The notes under the pieces: generated by a model | Databases searched by the model: none | What the model saw: the letters and a program-made list of their open reading frames with translations, nothing else | Told to the model about the DNA's origin: nothing | DNA from: Candidatus Sysuiplasma superficiale | GTDB taxonomy: Archaea; Thermoplasmatota; Thermoplasmata; Sysuiplasmatales; Sysuiplasmataceae | Length of the DNA stretch: 64,000 nt | NCBI GenBank assembly: GCA_019720975.1 | Contig: JAGVSJ010000005.1 | Span: forward strand, 11,719 to 75,718 | Direction of reading: 5' to 3' | Part shown: positions 45,801 through 53,931 of the stretch, one piece after another | Layout of the letters: every line of letters starts with the position of its first letter | Numbering within the stretch: the first letter of the stretch is position 1 | Translations under genes and position numbers: made by a program

Positions 45801-47082
45801 TCTCTCTGATTGATTCAGCATAGACAACGCTTGCCCCCTCATCCCCCGAGAGGAGCGGTACATAGCATCTAATTGGGCCAGGCTCCTGCCCGCGGTCCGC
45901 CATCCCCTTCCCGGCACTATCCTCTCCCGAAGTGGAGGACAGTATAACCTCCTGTCCCCTGAGTGCCCTCAGGAACTCCGTGTCCCTTTTCAGCCATTCA
46001 GGCGAGGGGCACTCCTTTCCGTCAGCGCATTTGCAGTCTGCTACTGAAATGCTTCTCGAACCGCGATGAAACTCAAGGAGACACAGAACCGTCGGCGCAT
46101 GCAGCACGTATCTTATGGCAGACAGTGCGCTTTCAATGATCGATTCCCTGTCCGGTGCCATACCTATCCGTTCAAGAAATCTCACCCGCCCGCCTGGGGC
46201 TGATTCATCGCGGTCCACCCGCACCTGCTCCATCAAACCCAGAACGAAGCGTGAGGCTTGCCTCTGAAGGAGATGCGGGAAATCACCGAAGTGACTGGCA
46301 AATCCCTGTGGTTCCTCCATGACAATCAGAAATCCAGTATTTGATGAAACAGCCACAGGACAGAAGAGCAGCCCGTTAAAGGCGGCCATAAGCTCCGGAT
46401 ACGGCTTTGCCGAATCGCCGGACATCCTCACGCAATCTCCTGAAATGAGAAGAGATCTGATCTCAGAAGTGACACCATCGCCGGCAGAAGCCACTAAAGA
46501 AGCGCCGAGTGTGCCGCATGCGTCTGATACGCCCAGAACACCGTCGCTGTATGGGTACAGGGCAAGGCCTCTGTGCGGAACCAGGTCCGAAATGAAGCTT
46601 CTGAGCTCCTGCATAATTTTCCTTTCTGCCTGCAGGTGCGGCAGCGGCAAGCGCCATTCCGCATGGTTCGGCTCAGGGCGTCCATCCGAGCTGGCGTTAT
46701 AGAGCGCCATGACGCACCTGACCGCACTGCAGAGGGACTGGCGGATTTCGTCCTTCTGCATATCGGCATGAGGGTCCAGTGCGGTGAGTCTGCACGAAAT
46801 GCCTCTGTCGATTTCAAACTCCCCCCTTATTACTTTGTGAGGGCTGAAGCCGGATTTTCCGGCGCCCGAAGCACCGTCACCGTCCGGTGCCTCGAAGAGG
46901 ATCCGTTCATCCTCCTCCACAGGTGTCATCGAGCCGGTCACCTTCGCACCATTGATGAAAATACTGAGTTCACATGCGTGTGATTGAAGCAGGTCTTTGC
47001 ACACACCGGCTGCGACGGACATTGAGCGGGCAAAAGTCAGCGCGGTCCCCTCCCTGAATCTGGCGACATCTTCAGTGTTCAA
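42859..47082 (-). CDS. Giant soluble sensor histidine kinase (about 1150-aa sensor region + HisKA + HATPase_c)
   Basis: 1407 aa, TTG start. H box FSSIAAHELRTPLTSI (His codon 43548-43550), N box NLVTNAIKYN, G1 SVSDTGRGIP, G2 GAGFRLGLPISKMIV. I saw no convincing TM helix. The long N-terminal part looks like serial GAF/PAS-size modules, which I have not verified. Confidence 0.88.
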   Translation of the reverse strand: MNTEDVARFREGTALTFARSMSVAAGVCKDLLQSHACELSIFINGAKVTGSMTPVEEDERILFEAPDGDGASGAGKSGFSPHKVIRGEFEIDRGISCRLTALDPHADMQKDEIRQSLCSAVRCVMALYNASSDGRPEPNHAEWRLPLPHLQAERKIMQELRSFISDLVPHRGLALYPYSDGVLGVSDACGTLGASLVASAGDGVTSEIRSLLISGDCVRMSGDSAKPYPELMAAFNGLLFCPVAVSSNTGFLIVMEEPQGFASHFGDFPHLLQRQASRFVLGLMEQVRVDRDESAPGGRVRFLERIGMAPDRESIIESALSAIRYVLHAPTVLCLLEFHRGSRSISVADCKCADGKECPSPEWLKRDTEFLRALRGQEVILSSTSGEDSAGKGMADRGQEPGPIRCYVPLLSGDEGASVVYAESIREMSCPHFRGMLTAVSMISRARYREISMASQLHKERLDFESLKRLISEYSSDKVNFDDLKNSADLILKAYSKFVFVAFFRREGVMKSVSHSARGESWKNVLQRSRIDYPGTDFGYQDEIVFDREGCTDRLGKSLLQLTEGYMGDDNYTITVLFHRDGIEVDSMMYVVSSESVDEARHTAGILRTLFDYWTTHLRSLEQKAAEDDIGAVNRELLEELLVPGSHHTIQEFAGSFCRFLSNSFGFSSVSFYRLYSQKAYELISFFPVTRHPNRELSLNNLLTINFLNRGAKWHIGLNEGDSMLSMLGTGEGTDERVMIVPLYSGNGDALPDGLIILSAPSESMDSMNISALKHATDLFSRAISFHESFLGQTRHAYAGDQLIEVLLDAFRAEDNGWAVSDAEIAKAFCMMIGRILDARLTAAYAVDREKHVALPVASFSSSGGQDVDVLEEAGTLLHNGVAAKDDDINFSVLQLTQKEVSEHNFIRREGVSHLSVLSPAGRNCRSETVFVAFHTGEPAVTSKQISESSRLVDAFCYVVENRNIRRKTDETLNALASELRIARNISSTFDLDIILNQTVEEVKYFARCDLVAVFLVDDSGLMRVASVSSNTNVDREALRNSQGWMVSDDRNSGLLSVALEAGGHFNIRSEKICSETISRLPEDFKAVLRLLNGAETPKSIAGTPISFAGRLLGILVCFNNRSEDSFSEWHLDYIDAASVLLSTGIENSRNFRATYDALNKLSKLDTLRSNFSSIAAHELRTPLTSIRVYIELMKMGKVGKFTEQEMMNIENLLASISELNEIVNNMLEFTRMEALMLETEMQSISIIPLIEEVCSVVSPQLLSKSIELKIEMEKDLRKVTANAGLIKRAINNLVTNAIKYNVPGGSIHIAARNDGDGILLSVSDTGRGIPEEDLPYVFDRYHVVDSSILHTGAGFRLGLPISKMIVERHGGRIWAESRMGKGSTFNIFLPSQRRIQTDEWLNDASM

Positions 47083-47264
47083 ACAGAATCATCTCCGGAA
47101 TTTTGGTGATGACCACTGAGAGATTATGTGAGGCAATACCGCATAAAGTGAGCGTCATTTTAGCAACATTTCAGCTCATGAATCGCTTTTAAAGCTTATT
47201 TTGAAAATTTCACATGGCGGATTCAGCTGCGGCATGCCCGCGTCTTGACATGCAACCGGAGTTG

Positions 47265-47274
47265 TTATAATTTT
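47265..47274 (+). promoter_or_regulatory. TATA-like box (TTATAATTTT) upstream of the first KaiC-like gene
   Basis: Centred about 31 nt upstream of ATG 47301 with no SD between, suggesting a leaderless or near-leaderless transcript. Confidence 0.3.
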
Positions 47275-47300
47275 GATATCTCAACACGACACCATTAAAT

Positions 47301-48086
47301 ATGGACATTCTCACTGAAATACTGATAAATTTAACGGTTGTCAGAACGATGCCAGAATTTGACGTGGACGGATCATTTCCGATGGGAAGTTCTATTCTTC
47401 TCCGTGGTCCTCCGGGGGTTGGTAAGACAGAACTCCTCCTGAATCTTTCCAGGAGGTGGATACGGAATGGAGACAAGGTACTGTATGTTACTGTCTCTGC
47501 CGGAGGGGAGGAGATCCTCTCCAGATTCCTGTCGGAATTCAACAGAGATCAGCTTGACAACAGACTGCTTATTATTGACTGCTTCAGAAACAACACCACC
47601 GAATCAAAGGACAAGCTGATAGTGAACATAAACGGCCTTTCCCATCTGGAAAGCATAACGCTCGCCATATCGACTGCGGTGGAAGCGCTCGGTGCGCCGG
47701 TAAGGGTCGTGTTTGACGGCCTTTCAACGCTCTTCCTGCACAATGCACCACAGACAATGGCAAAATTCTTTCAGGTCCTCTCCGTCAGATCCAAAAACGA
47801 ATTCGGCTTCATTGTCTCGAGCCTTGTTGAAGGGATGCATGAAAGCGTCACAACAAATACGCTTATGTCCATCGCAGACGGTGTCATAGAGATTGAACTG
47901 GGAAAGTCAATGGCGCGCTTTGTCAGGTTGCGCTTCCTGAAAGGAAGGACAACAGACCCTGTATGGTACCGCTACAGACTCCACAGGAATGAATTGCAGC
48001 TTGCACAGCATGGCCTGTTCATAAATGAAGACACCGTACTGGACGAGATACGCATCCACAAAAGGAACAAGACGGAGGAGGAATGA
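47301..48086 (+). CDS. KaiC/RecA-superfamily single-domain ATPase (canonical P-loop)
   Basis: 261 aa. Walker A LLRGPPGVGKTELL (47406-47429) and Walker B-like VRVVFDGLS. The start may be the internal M17. Confidence 0.75.
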   Translation: MDILTEILINLTVVRTMPEFDVDGSFPMGSSILLRGPPGVGKTELLLNLSRRWIRNGDKVLYVTVSAGGEEILSRFLSEFNRDQLDNRLLIIDCFRNNTTESKDKLIVNINGLSHLESITLAISTAVEALGAPVRVVFDGLSTLFLHNAPQTMAKFFQVLSVRSKNEFGFIVSSLVEGMHESVTTNTLMSIADGVIEIELGKSMARFVRLRFLKGRTTDPVWYRYRLHRNELQLAQHGLFINEDTVLDEIRIHKRNKTEEE

Positions 48087-48805
48087 GAAGTACGGAGATG
48101 ACAGAGGAGAGCCGGGTGAAGACATACATAGAGGGTTTCGATGAGATACTCGGCGGCGGCATTCCGGAAGGAAGTGTTGTGCTGCTCTGCGGGCAGCCGG
48201 GTACGATGAAATCTTCGGTGGCTTTCAGCATACTGTATAACAATTCACTTCACAATCAGGCAGAAACTGTTTACGTCTCGCTGGAACAGAGAAAGAACAG
48301 CCTGATACGCCAGATGAAGTCCATGGGGTTTGATGCTGAAACACAGAACAGGATCAGGATAATGGATCTGAGCGGTATACGGGAGGAACTTGAAAAGGCT
48401 GAGACAGACGAGACTGTTATATCAGTGCTCAGGGAATATCTGCAGAGGACACTCAAGGACAGCAGATGCAGCATTTTCGTACTGGATTCGCTCAATGTCA
48501 TAGACATATCCGCCGGCCATTTGTCGAGGAGGAGCCAGATCTTTTTCCTTTTCGAATGGCTGAGGGAGATGAATATGACCTCAATTCTCATCTCCGAAAG
48601 CAGCCCGGAGGACATAATGGAGAAGGGCATTGAGGAAGGCTATCTCTCGGACGGCATAATCAATCTGAGCCTGTCGTCAGATGATGAAAGCGCTGTCGCG
48701 AGGAGCATCAGGTGTGTGAAGATGAGAGGAACACCCCACGACACATCATTTTATTCGCTTCAATTCAGGAACGGCAGGTTTGCGGTAACTGAGTCAATGA
48801 GGTGA
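48083..48805 (+). CDS. KaiC-like protein with non-canonical P-loop
   Basis: 240 aa. KaiC-type N-terminus YIEGFDEILGGGIPEGSVVLLCGQPGTMKSS. The P-loop GQPGTMKS (48191-48214) lacks the Gly before Lys. Also YVSLEQ and IFVLDSL. The ATG overlaps the previous stop (ATGA). Confidence 0.75.
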   Translation: MRSTEMTEESRVKTYIEGFDEILGGGIPEGSVVLLCGQPGTMKSSVAFSILYNNSLHNQAETVYVSLEQRKNSLIRQMKSMGFDAETQNRIRIMDLSGIREELEKAETDETVISVLREYLQRTLKDSRCSIFVLDSLNVIDISAGHLSRRSQIFFLFEWLREMNMTSILISESSPEDIMEKGIEEGYLSDGIINLSLSSDDESAVARSIRCVKMRGTPHDTSFYSLQFRNGRFAVTESMR

Positions 48806-48808
48806 ACT

Positions 48809-50032
48809 GTGACGGCGAGTGTTCAGCTCTGTCCTGTCTGCGGCTACGCTCTGAAGAAATCAGAAATGCAGTGCGGCAGGTGCGGGGAAGATCTTTCGGG
48901 GAGCAGAAGCGTCAAAGAAGGCAGCAGGGCACAGGACACAGGCAGGGCCTCAAGGTGGGGCGGCGACTATACGATAGAGACCATAGGCATGGGACATTCT
49001 GCGCCCAGTTATGGTATCAGGGAAATGAACTATGCTGAAGTGGAAGCGCCGCATGAAAGGGACAGGGCGGAGGAGAAGCAGGAGAGTGCTGCCGTTATAG
49101 AAGAACTGAAGAGGCAGATCGAGGAGATGAACAGGAAGATGTCTCTCCTTTCCTCGCAGAAGAGTTTTCAGGCAAGTGCTTCCGGAAGCACGCCGCCGCC
49201 CCCATCCTCCACGATGCCTGCCGTGTCGAGGAGAAGGATGACAGGCAGAAACGATCCGGAGTTCAGGGCTCTTGTTGCAGCGCATCTGAAGAGAATAGAG
49301 GAGATGCTGAATTCCGGGCATGCGGACGGCCATTCCTCGGGAAACAGACATTTCAAATTCCTTTCCGAGAGCATAATTGCGCCTGGCGTTCCGGAGGACT
49401 CTGCAATTCTCTTTGTAGGGCCTCCCGGAACGCTGAAATCGGTCTCCGCCTTTGTATCATCCGTTGAAATTGCGAAGAGCACAGGCAAGAGTGCACTTTA
49501 TGTTCTTCTCAACGAGTCTTCACGCAAATTCATGGGCAAGCTGCTTGCCCGGGGGATAGTGAGCGCGGATGACATGCAAAGGACCAGGATAGTGGACGGA
49601 GCGGAGATAAGAAAGGCAACGACTGGGCTGAATGGAAGCTGGAGGGAAGTTCTGCTGAAATACCTTGACATGGAAATGAAGGGTAAAGCCTATGCTGTCG
49701 TTGTCCTTGACAACCTGAATGCGCTTTCATCAATGGTCATAGGGGAAAGGGAGAGAAGGGTGGCATACGATTATTTTGAATGGTGCAGAAGAAAGAGCCT
49801 GGTGTCGATAGCGATAAGGGAGGGAAGCTATTCCACGGCGGTAAGGGAGAAGGCGGCTGATGCATATCTCGCTGACGGTGTGGTGCAGTTTTCTTCAAGG
49901 TCGACAGAGAGCGGAAATACCATTCCGGTCTTCAGGGTGATGAAGCTCAGGGGGGCAGAGATAGATACGAGGTACTACACGATTCAGCTTGCTTCAGGCA
50001 CCCTGAAATTTGTACCGGCTGTTGCAGTCTGA
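48809..50032 (+). CDS. Zinc-ribbon + coiled-coil + KaiC-like domain protein with non-canonical P-loop
   Basis: 407 aa, GTG start 3 nt after the previous stop. CPVCGY..CGRCG ribbon, coiled coil AAVIEELKRQIEEMNRKMSLL, and an S/P-rich linker. The KaiC-like domain has P-loop GPPGTLKS (49418-49441) and VVVLDNL. Confidence 0.7.
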   Translation: MTASVQLCPVCGYALKKSEMQCGRCGEDLSGSRSVKEGSRAQDTGRASRWGGDYTIETIGMGHSAPSYGIREMNYAEVEAPHERDRAEEKQESAAVIEELKRQIEEMNRKMSLLSSQKSFQASASGSTPPPPSSTMPAVSRRRMTGRNDPEFRALVAAHLKRIEEMLNSGHADGHSSGNRHFKFLSESIIAPGVPEDSAILFVGPPGTLKSVSAFVSSVEIAKSTGKSALYVLLNESSRKFMGKLLARGIVSADDMQRTRIVDGAEIRKATTGLNGSWREVLLKYLDMEMKGKAYAVVVLDNLNALSSMVIGERERRVAYDYFEWCRRKSLVSIAIREGSYSTAVREKAADAYLADGVVQFSSRSTESGNTIPVFRVMKLRGAEIDTRYYTIQLASGTLKFVPAVAV

Positions 50033-51054
50033 CCGTCAGCACCTGCATTGCTCTCCTGGCCGTATGACCGGAGATGCACCGCTGCATTCTCCGGAGAAAT
50101 TGAATTAATGAAGAAGCCTGTTCCCTTTTCAAATCCTGCCATTTTGCTTACTGCAGGTATTATCTCAATATGCCAGTGGTAGAAGGGGAATTCCCTGCTG
50201 TTGACAGGAGCGGTGTGGATGTAGAAATTATATGGAGGGTCGTCGAGGATGGTATGGAGCGCATGAAGTGTTTTCTGAAGGATGGAGGCAAGATCCGATG
50301 CCTCCTCGTGCGAGCAGTCAGCGAATGAAGAGCAGTGCCTCTTTGGAAGGATCATGAGTTCATACGGGTACTTGGAGGCGAACGGTGTGATGCAGACAAA
50401 CGAGCTGTTCTCGAAGACCAGCCTTTTAGAACTCTCAATCTCCTCGCGTATCACTGTATCATATATGCACTCGCCCCCCATGTCGGTGAAATAATTCTCT
50501 GCGCCCCGCAGCTCGCCCGCGACCTGGACAGGTATCATCGGAGTGGCTATTATCTGGCTGTGAGGATGCTCCAGGGATGCCCCCGCCTCCTGGCCGTGAT
50601 TCTCGAATATGAGTATGTATTTAAAACGCCTGTCTTTTGAAAGATCCATGAGACGTTCCCGGTACATTTCGACAAGCTCCCTGACCTGCCAGGATGCCAT
50701 CAGAGCTATCGGCCTGCTGTGGTCCGTCGATTCTATCACAACCTCATGACACCCTATTCCCGTCATTTGCGTGAAAACAGATCTTGAATTCTTGTCCAGT
50801 CTTCCCTCGATCTTGAGTGCGGGAAATTTATTCGGAACGGTTCTTATCCACCACCCCTTCGTATCCGGCCCCGTCCCCACGTTCCTGTACGCATATATCT
50901 CCGGGGGCGTCATCTTCTCATTTCCTTCGCAAAAGGCACACACACCACCGTTTGTCGCAGGACGCGGCCTTATGAAGTCCTTTGGCCTCCTTGCCCGTTC
51001 CTCTGAAATCACAACCCAAGTATCAGTCACATAATCCTTTCTTATCTCGGACAA
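49984..51054 (-). CDS. galT: Galactose-1-phosphate uridylyltransferase (HIT superfamily)
   Basis: 356 aa. Zinc motif CAFCEGNE and catalytic HPHSQI. The last 49 nt overlap the 3' end of the convergent KaiC-like gene. Confidence 0.9.
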   Translation of the reverse strand: MSEIRKDYVTDTWVVISEERARRPKDFIRPRPATNGGVCAFCEGNEKMTPPEIYAYRNVGTGPDTKGWWIRTVPNKFPALKIEGRLDKNSRSVFTQMTGIGCHEVVIESTDHSRPIALMASWQVRELVEMYRERLMDLSKDRRFKYILIFENHGQEAGASLEHPHSQIIATPMIPVQVAGELRGAENYFTDMGGECIYDTVIREEIESSKRLVFENSSFVCITPFASKYPYELMILPKRHCSSFADCSHEEASDLASILQKTLHALHTILDDPPYNFYIHTAPVNSREFPFYHWHIEIIPAVSKMAGFEKGTGFFINSISPENAAVHLRSYGQESNAGADGQTATAGTNFRVPEAS

Positions 51055-51244
51055 TCCGCTACCCCTCCAGCAGAAACAGGACGGTCTGCATATGACAGCA
51101 GGCGGTTGTAGGAACTCTCACTATTTATGCATTCTTTAATCAGTCGCTTTCGCCGGAATCAGTCAATTCACAGGAGAAAGTTTCCACCACAAATGAAATA
51201 TATAAGAGTATAGCGATGCAATGGGACGATGGAAGAGGATTCTG

Positions 51245-51604
51245 ATGAAGGTTCTTGTTGTCGATGATTCATCGCTGACACGCGCCGCGATGGTCGCTGC
51301 GCTGTCCGCCTACAATTATGAAATAGTGGCGGAGGGGCAGGACGGTAATGAGGCTGTGTCTCTTTACAGGAGCCTGAAGCCGGACGTTGTGCTGATTGAC
51401 CTTGCAATGCCGAACAAGGACGGACTCGAAGCAATCAGGGAGATCCTTGAATTTGACAGGAATGCAAAGATAGTGGCCGTAAGTGCCCTCTACGACAGGA
51501 GCATGCAGAAGAGGGCCATGGAGCTTGGAGCATCCTCGTACATTGTCAAGCCCTTTGAGCTCACTGAACTCATATCAGTAATGAACAAGCTTGAAAAGAA
51601 GTAA
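51245..51604 (+). CDS. Stand-alone CheY-like response-regulator receiver
   Basis: Start at ATG 51245 (MKVLVVDDS). Phospho-acceptor context VVLIDLAMP, and conserved Lys in YIVKPF. There is no output domain. Confidence 0.9.
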   Translation: MKVLVVDDSSLTRAAMVAALSAYNYEIVAEGQDGNEAVSLYRSLKPDVVLIDLAMPNKDGLEAIREILEFDRNAKIVAVSALYDRSMQKRAMELGASSYIVKPFELTELISVMNKLEKK

Positions 51605-52448
51605 CAGGTGTGTTCCTTTGCTCATAGGTGCTCACGTCGGCATTGGAGGCGGTTTCACCAACGCCGTTTCATCCGGACTTGCAATTAAGGCTGACATAAT
51701 ACAGATCTTCACAAGAAACCAGATGCAGTGGAAATCCAGGCCGCTGGACGTCCGGGACGCGGAGAGGTTCAGGGACGCATTTGCAGAAAGCGGACTGAAG
51801 GGAGTGATTGCCCACGGCTCATATCTCATAAATCTGGCGGGGAGCGATGCCGGAAATGCCGCCATGTCGGTAAGCGCCGTCGTGGAGGAGATGAGAAGAT
51901 GCGATGCACTTGGCATCGGGACATACATATTCCATCCTGGCAGCCACCGCGGCGCAGGGGAGGAGAGGGGAATCACGAATGAAATACAAAACATCGGAAG
52001 GATACTGGATGCGACAGCGGACATGCAGGTGAAGATGGCAGTAGAGACAATGGCAGGACAGGGGGATGTCATATGCAGCTCATTCGAGTCAATCGCCAGG
52101 ATCATTGAGGGCGTCGATTCGCCGAGAATTGGCGTCTGTCTGGACACCTGCCATGTCTTTGCAGCCGGTTATGATGTACGGACGGCAGAAGGCGTCAGGA
52201 AAACACTGAAGCGGTTCAGGGAAGTGATTGGATTCGACAGACTGCTTGCAGTTCATCTCAACGATTCGAAGGCGAAGCTTGGAAGCCGTGTGGACAGGCA
52301 TGAGAACATTGGGAAGGGAGAGATAGGAAAGGAGTGCTTCCGTTCGCTGATGCATACAGCCTCCCTCTCCAGAATACCGATGGCGCTCGAGACACCCGGA
52401 GGGGAAAAGATGTATTCCAGGGAGCTCAGGCTACTCAGGAAACTTTAG
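51591..52448 (+). CDS. nfo: Endonuclease IV
   Basis: LIGAHVGIGGG N-terminus, plus FHPGSH, ETMAGQG, CLDTCH and HLNDSK. Start is TTG 51591 (overlapping the CheY stop) or TTG 51618. Confidence 0.9.
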   Translation: MKRSNRCVPLLIGAHVGIGGGFTNAVSSGLAIKADIIQIFTRNQMQWKSRPLDVRDAERFRDAFAESGLKGVIAHGSYLINLAGSDAGNAAMSVSAVVEEMRRCDALGIGTYIFHPGSHRGAGEERGITNEIQNIGRILDATADMQVKMAVETMAGQGDVICSSFESIARIIEGVDSPRIGVCLDTCHVFAAGYDVRTAEGVRKTLKRFREVIGFDRLLAVHLNDSKAKLGSRVDRHENIGKGEIGKECFRSLMHTASLSRIPMALETPGGEKMYSRELRLLRKL

Positions 52449-53841
52449 GTGTCCTCACAATTTCGCCGTACAGTTCCGCATATTTTGACGCGGAGGCATC
52501 CCAGGAGAAGTTCTTTGTCATGCAGTTGATGACAGCGCTGCGCCATATTTCAGGCGACGAATAGATGGAGAGCGCCTCGCCGATAGCGTCCGCCAGCTGC
52601 TCATGATTTTCATCCTCGAACAGGAAGCCCTCGCCGGTCGCCGTGTCCGGGTCAAATTGCGTGACGGTGTCTGCCAGACCGCCTGTCCTTCGCACAACCG
52701 GCACCGTGCCGTATCTCATGCTTATCATCTGGCTCAGGCCGCAGGGTTCGAAGCGCGAAGGCATGACAAATACGTCCGCGGCCGCATAGAGCCTGTGTGC
52801 CAGCTGTTCATCGTATCGAAGGACGGCCCGGAAACCTGGTGTCGAAGAAGCCATGTCCTGCACCTTCCTCATAAGGTCCGGATCGCCTGTTCCGAGAATG
52901 ATGAACTGGAAGCCCTCTTCAATATCCTGCAGGGCGTCGAGGAGCAGATCTATGCCCTTCTGTCTCCACAGCCTGCCTATCGATACAATCAGCGGGCGCC
53001 TGACTTGTGGCAGGGAAAACTCCCGCTGCGTGTGGCTCTTGCACACGGCCTTTCCGCTCCTGTTGTCGCGGCTGTAATTTGCGGGTATGGATCTGTCTGT
53101 CTCCGGATTCCACATCCTGTAGTCGATGCCGTTCAGTATTCCCCTGAGCTTGCCCGCATACTTTCTGATCACACCGTCCATTCTGAAGCCGTACTCGGGT
53201 GTCTGTATCTCCTGACTGTATGTCGGGCTCACTGTGACAAGTCTGTCGCAGTAAACTATGCCGGCCTTCATTGCACTCACGTTCCCGTAGAATTCTATTC
53301 CCTCGATAAAGAAGTACGAATGGTCTATGCCTATCTCATCCATGAGTGACGGGCTGTAATTTCCCTGAAATTCAAGATTGTGTATCGCAAAGACTGTCGG
53401 GAGATCCGATTTTCTCTGTTTGAGAAGGAGCGGAACAAAACCTGTCTGCCAGTCGTTGCAGTGAAGGACGTCGTAGTCACCGGCTGAAGCAAGCGCAGAA
53501 ACAGCCGCAGAAAAGTGGCCGAACCTGACCGGATCGTCATCATAACCGTACATCCTTTCCCTTGAAAAGAGTTCGCTGTTCCCTATCTTCAGCGCCCTCC
53601 ATTCTCCGATGCTCTCCTCCGATACAGTGAACTGTCTTCCGTTGACGCTGATCGGAGCGGCCGCATTCGTCCCTGTGGCGGAATTCGAAGTGCCTCCCGG
53701 CGCATAGTCTGGCACCATGACATCGACATGATGACCGGCGGCCGCAAATGCGTTTGCCAGGGAATAGACATAATCTGCGAGACCGCCGCTCTTTGATAAA
53801 GGCAGTGTTTCAGCAGCAACCAGTCCTATCTTCATGGGCAA
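52435..53841 (-). CDS. glgA: Glycogen/starch synthase (GT5)
   Basis: 468 aa. MKIGLVAAETLPLSKSGGLADYV (KxGGL motif) and C-terminal PSRFEPCGLSQM. The 3' end overlaps the nfo 3' end by 14 nt. Confidence 0.9.
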   Translation of the reverse strand: MPMKIGLVAAETLPLSKSGGLADYVYSLANAFAAAGHHVDVMVPDYAPGGTSNSATGTNAAAPISVNGRQFTVSEESIGEWRALKIGNSELFSRERMYGYDDDPVRFGHFSAAVSALASAGDYDVLHCNDWQTGFVPLLLKQRKSDLPTVFAIHNLEFQGNYSPSLMDEIGIDHSYFFIEGIEFYGNVSAMKAGIVYCDRLVTVSPTYSQEIQTPEYGFRMDGVIRKYAGKLRGILNGIDYRMWNPETDRSIPANYSRDNRSGKAVCKSHTQREFSLPQVRRPLIVSIGRLWRQKGIDLLLDALQDIEEGFQFIILGTGDPDLMRKVQDMASSTPGFRAVLRYDEQLAHRLYAAADVFVMPSRFEPCGLSQMISMRYGTVPVVRRTGGLADTVTQFDPDTATGEGFLFEDENHEQLADAIGEALSIYSSPEIWRSAVINCMTKNFSWDASASKYAELYGEIVRTPKVS

Positions 53842-53931
53842 TCAGCCCCTTCGTCCGTCATAAATTCCTCACTCTGTCCTGCTGATGAATAACAGCGAAT
53901 TATTTTAACCCCTGACCTTACTTACAGCCAT

